The position numbers and the translations under genes are program-made. From Trypethelium eluteriae (Eukaryota), in contig JAVECL010000004.1 in NCBI GenBank assembly GCA_051942245.1, positions 1 to 64,000 on the forward strand: 64,000 bases of DNA, written 5' to 3'. This document shows, one piece after another, positions 61,838 through 64,000 of this stretch. Below the pieces are notes generated by a model. That model had not been told where the DNA came from. It was given only the letters and a program-made list of their open reading frames with translations, and made no database searches. Position 1 is the stretch's first letter, and each line of letters starts with the position of its first letter.

Positions 61838-64000
61838 CTCAACTCAAAAACGATGCATGTCCAGGAAGGATCGAGGACGCGGGCAATAAGGATGTCATCC
61901 TTGGAAGTGCAGCTCGGGATAGGGATACGCAATTTTGCGGACTCCCTCGAGTGAAAAAACCTCGTCATGAACAATCTAGATGTCAGCCCTGCAGAATCGA
62001 CAGTGGTTGCGGCAGAGCATTCAGCCAATGCAGGAAAGGGAAGTAGACGTCAAGAGAATTTCCAGCCCTTCACTAGCGCTTCGAGAATATCCGATACTCG
62101 AATGCGGAAGTCTGAACAGCCATCAAGAGAAGTAGCGGCTTCCTGCCGTCTGCTAGCGTTTGCAGCAGTGGTCCGCATCATTGGTGCAGTTGCTCAGCTG
62201 TAACAGGGTGAGAACGCAAACTAATGCTAGCTCTCTCATGCATCTCCACTTGGAGGGGATTCTTCAGGGGTCTGGCAAGTCCATTGTCCGTCCCAGACCT
62301 TGTAGAGGGACTTTTGAAATACATCCTTGTGTCGATGAGGCTCGCCGAAGGATGAGAGCTGCCGAAACGCGCCCTAAGATCGTGAAAAATGCAAAGCAGG
62401 CAGAATGTTGACGACCCAGTCCTAAGATCGTATCGGAAAAATTGGTTGAGGCGAAGAAAAGGGGATAGCAACTGAGATCCAAACTCTCCGCATTCATTTT
62501 GCGTGTATCTCAATTTCTGCCTACAGTAGGCTGTTTCAGATCGACGGATACCCCGGGTCATACGGAAGCCGTTTAACGACAGGTACACATTGCAGGTGGC
62601 GACGCGTAGTTGATTAAGGGCGCAGAGATGGAGACGTGTGACGTGACTGGAACCTGAGGCACGGTGCCACGGTGCCACGCTAATTACTTAGGTAAGCTTT
62701 GTAATAAGACAAGGCCCATCTTCAACTTTCCACCTTTCGGTGGCCAACCCTTTAACCTTTATAATTGATTGAGAAGCCCTGATAGTGGCAGGATACCGTT
62801 CGGAAACTGACCAGCATGTATGAGAAGATTCCTCCAGAGCTATCCAGTGCTTCTCTCCCTGCTTTGCACAACACAGGAGGTCCACAATTAGGTCCCAAAA
62901 CCAGTCCCGCGAAAAGGCAGTGGCGTCGAGGATCAAAGCCAGAATATGGAGTGCGGAGTACCGGCCAAGCACGACACCTTTTTCGCGCCACAACCTTAAT
63001 AATTTGAGATATATCTGATCTTGCCTATACGCTCTGGGCAAGGTCGCGACCTCCACGAGATTCATCTTCGCATGTATTGTGATAATGGCTTCTCCCTCTA
63101 CTCCCATACCATTTTCCAATGACAACTAGTCGTCGTAAGCTGTGTGCGGTGGAGGCAGCATCATCTAGGATGCCGACATCCCAGAGCTACATCTTGAGTC
63201 TGCATTAGTTTTTGGCCGGCATGATTGGAATTCTATCATCATCTAAAGACTCTGCTGATTGCAAAAGTGCCGCCCTCCCTTCTTGCTTTACAGATGCTGC
63301 TAACCACTCATTATATCCTTTCTGTTGCCCCTGTCGCCAATGGCTATTCGTGTCGAGGTGATTTGTGTTGAGAAAACAGCGCGTTTACTGTCAAGTGACT
63401 TAGGTATGCCTCTTCGAATAACCTTGCTGTTAAGCCAATGCTCGTTTCCTTAAGTTTGTTCCTTCGCTCTTTCTCCCTTGTTGTTTCTATTTGCGCTATC
63501 GCCGATCTACGTTAGATGTAAATAGCTAGATGAATCTCACGGATAAGTGCTGAAGACTGAGACTGGGGCAGGACTGTATGTGGGAACAAGAATGAGAGGG
63601 CGAGGCAGACAGGCGAGATTGGGCCCATAAGTTGTGGCGAGCTGACCCACAGAGTATGAGTGGATACGAGAACTCATCATATGAAGCGGCTATATGTGTG
63701 GATGAACAGCAGTAGGAACAGATAGGAGAAGCCGAGATTCAAGGCTTTGGCAGATGATCGGATATCTTGGTATATGGGCATCGGAGCTCACCTTCTTACG
63801 TCTGCGATGCAGATATAGAGCAACTAGAGCGTGAACTATGGCACTCTCATGACCACCGTCATTCCGATACAATCGTTGTCAAGGCAATGAATGAAATGAG
63901 GTGAGATAGGACTTACTTTCATTGCAGAACAAAAAACATCATCGAGGAAATGCTGGAGCTCTCTTGCTCCTGAAAGGCTCCATATGGGCTTTTCCTCTCA

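Noticed and set aside
62000..64000. ORFs 62178-62678 and 62688-63125, and possible exon fragments at the window end
   Set aside because: They have non-ATG or weak starts, no recognisable domain and no consistent splice model.

Overview
Intron-containing genomic DNA from a filamentous ascomycete (GT..ctRAY..YAG introns of ~50-70 nt, Zn2Cys6 regulators). It holds about 26 protein-coding genes, and I found no rRNA, tRNA, CRISPR array or intact transposon. Housekeeping genes (RPS19, RIB7, RidA/MMF1-like, APRT, importin-11/KAP120, PEX2) are interleaved with accessory genes. The accessory genes are an alpha/beta-hydrolase fused to an HCxxGxNRTG (DUSP11/PIR-1-type) phosphatase, a divergent DUF3237-like/secreted beta-propeller pair sharing a palindromic CGG-N11-CCG site, and a regulator-rich block (O-methyltransferase, S10 carboxypeptidase, three Zn2Cys6 factors, paraoxonase-like lactonase, LigB/DODA-type dioxygenase, GFA). 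They also include an island with an orphan RING protein, a degenerate duplication and an intronless bacterial-like DUF1330 gene, a P450 whose second intron lacks an in-frame AG acceptor, and a large GPI-type cell-wall protein. All family calls come from motif recognition and hand splicing, not database searches.
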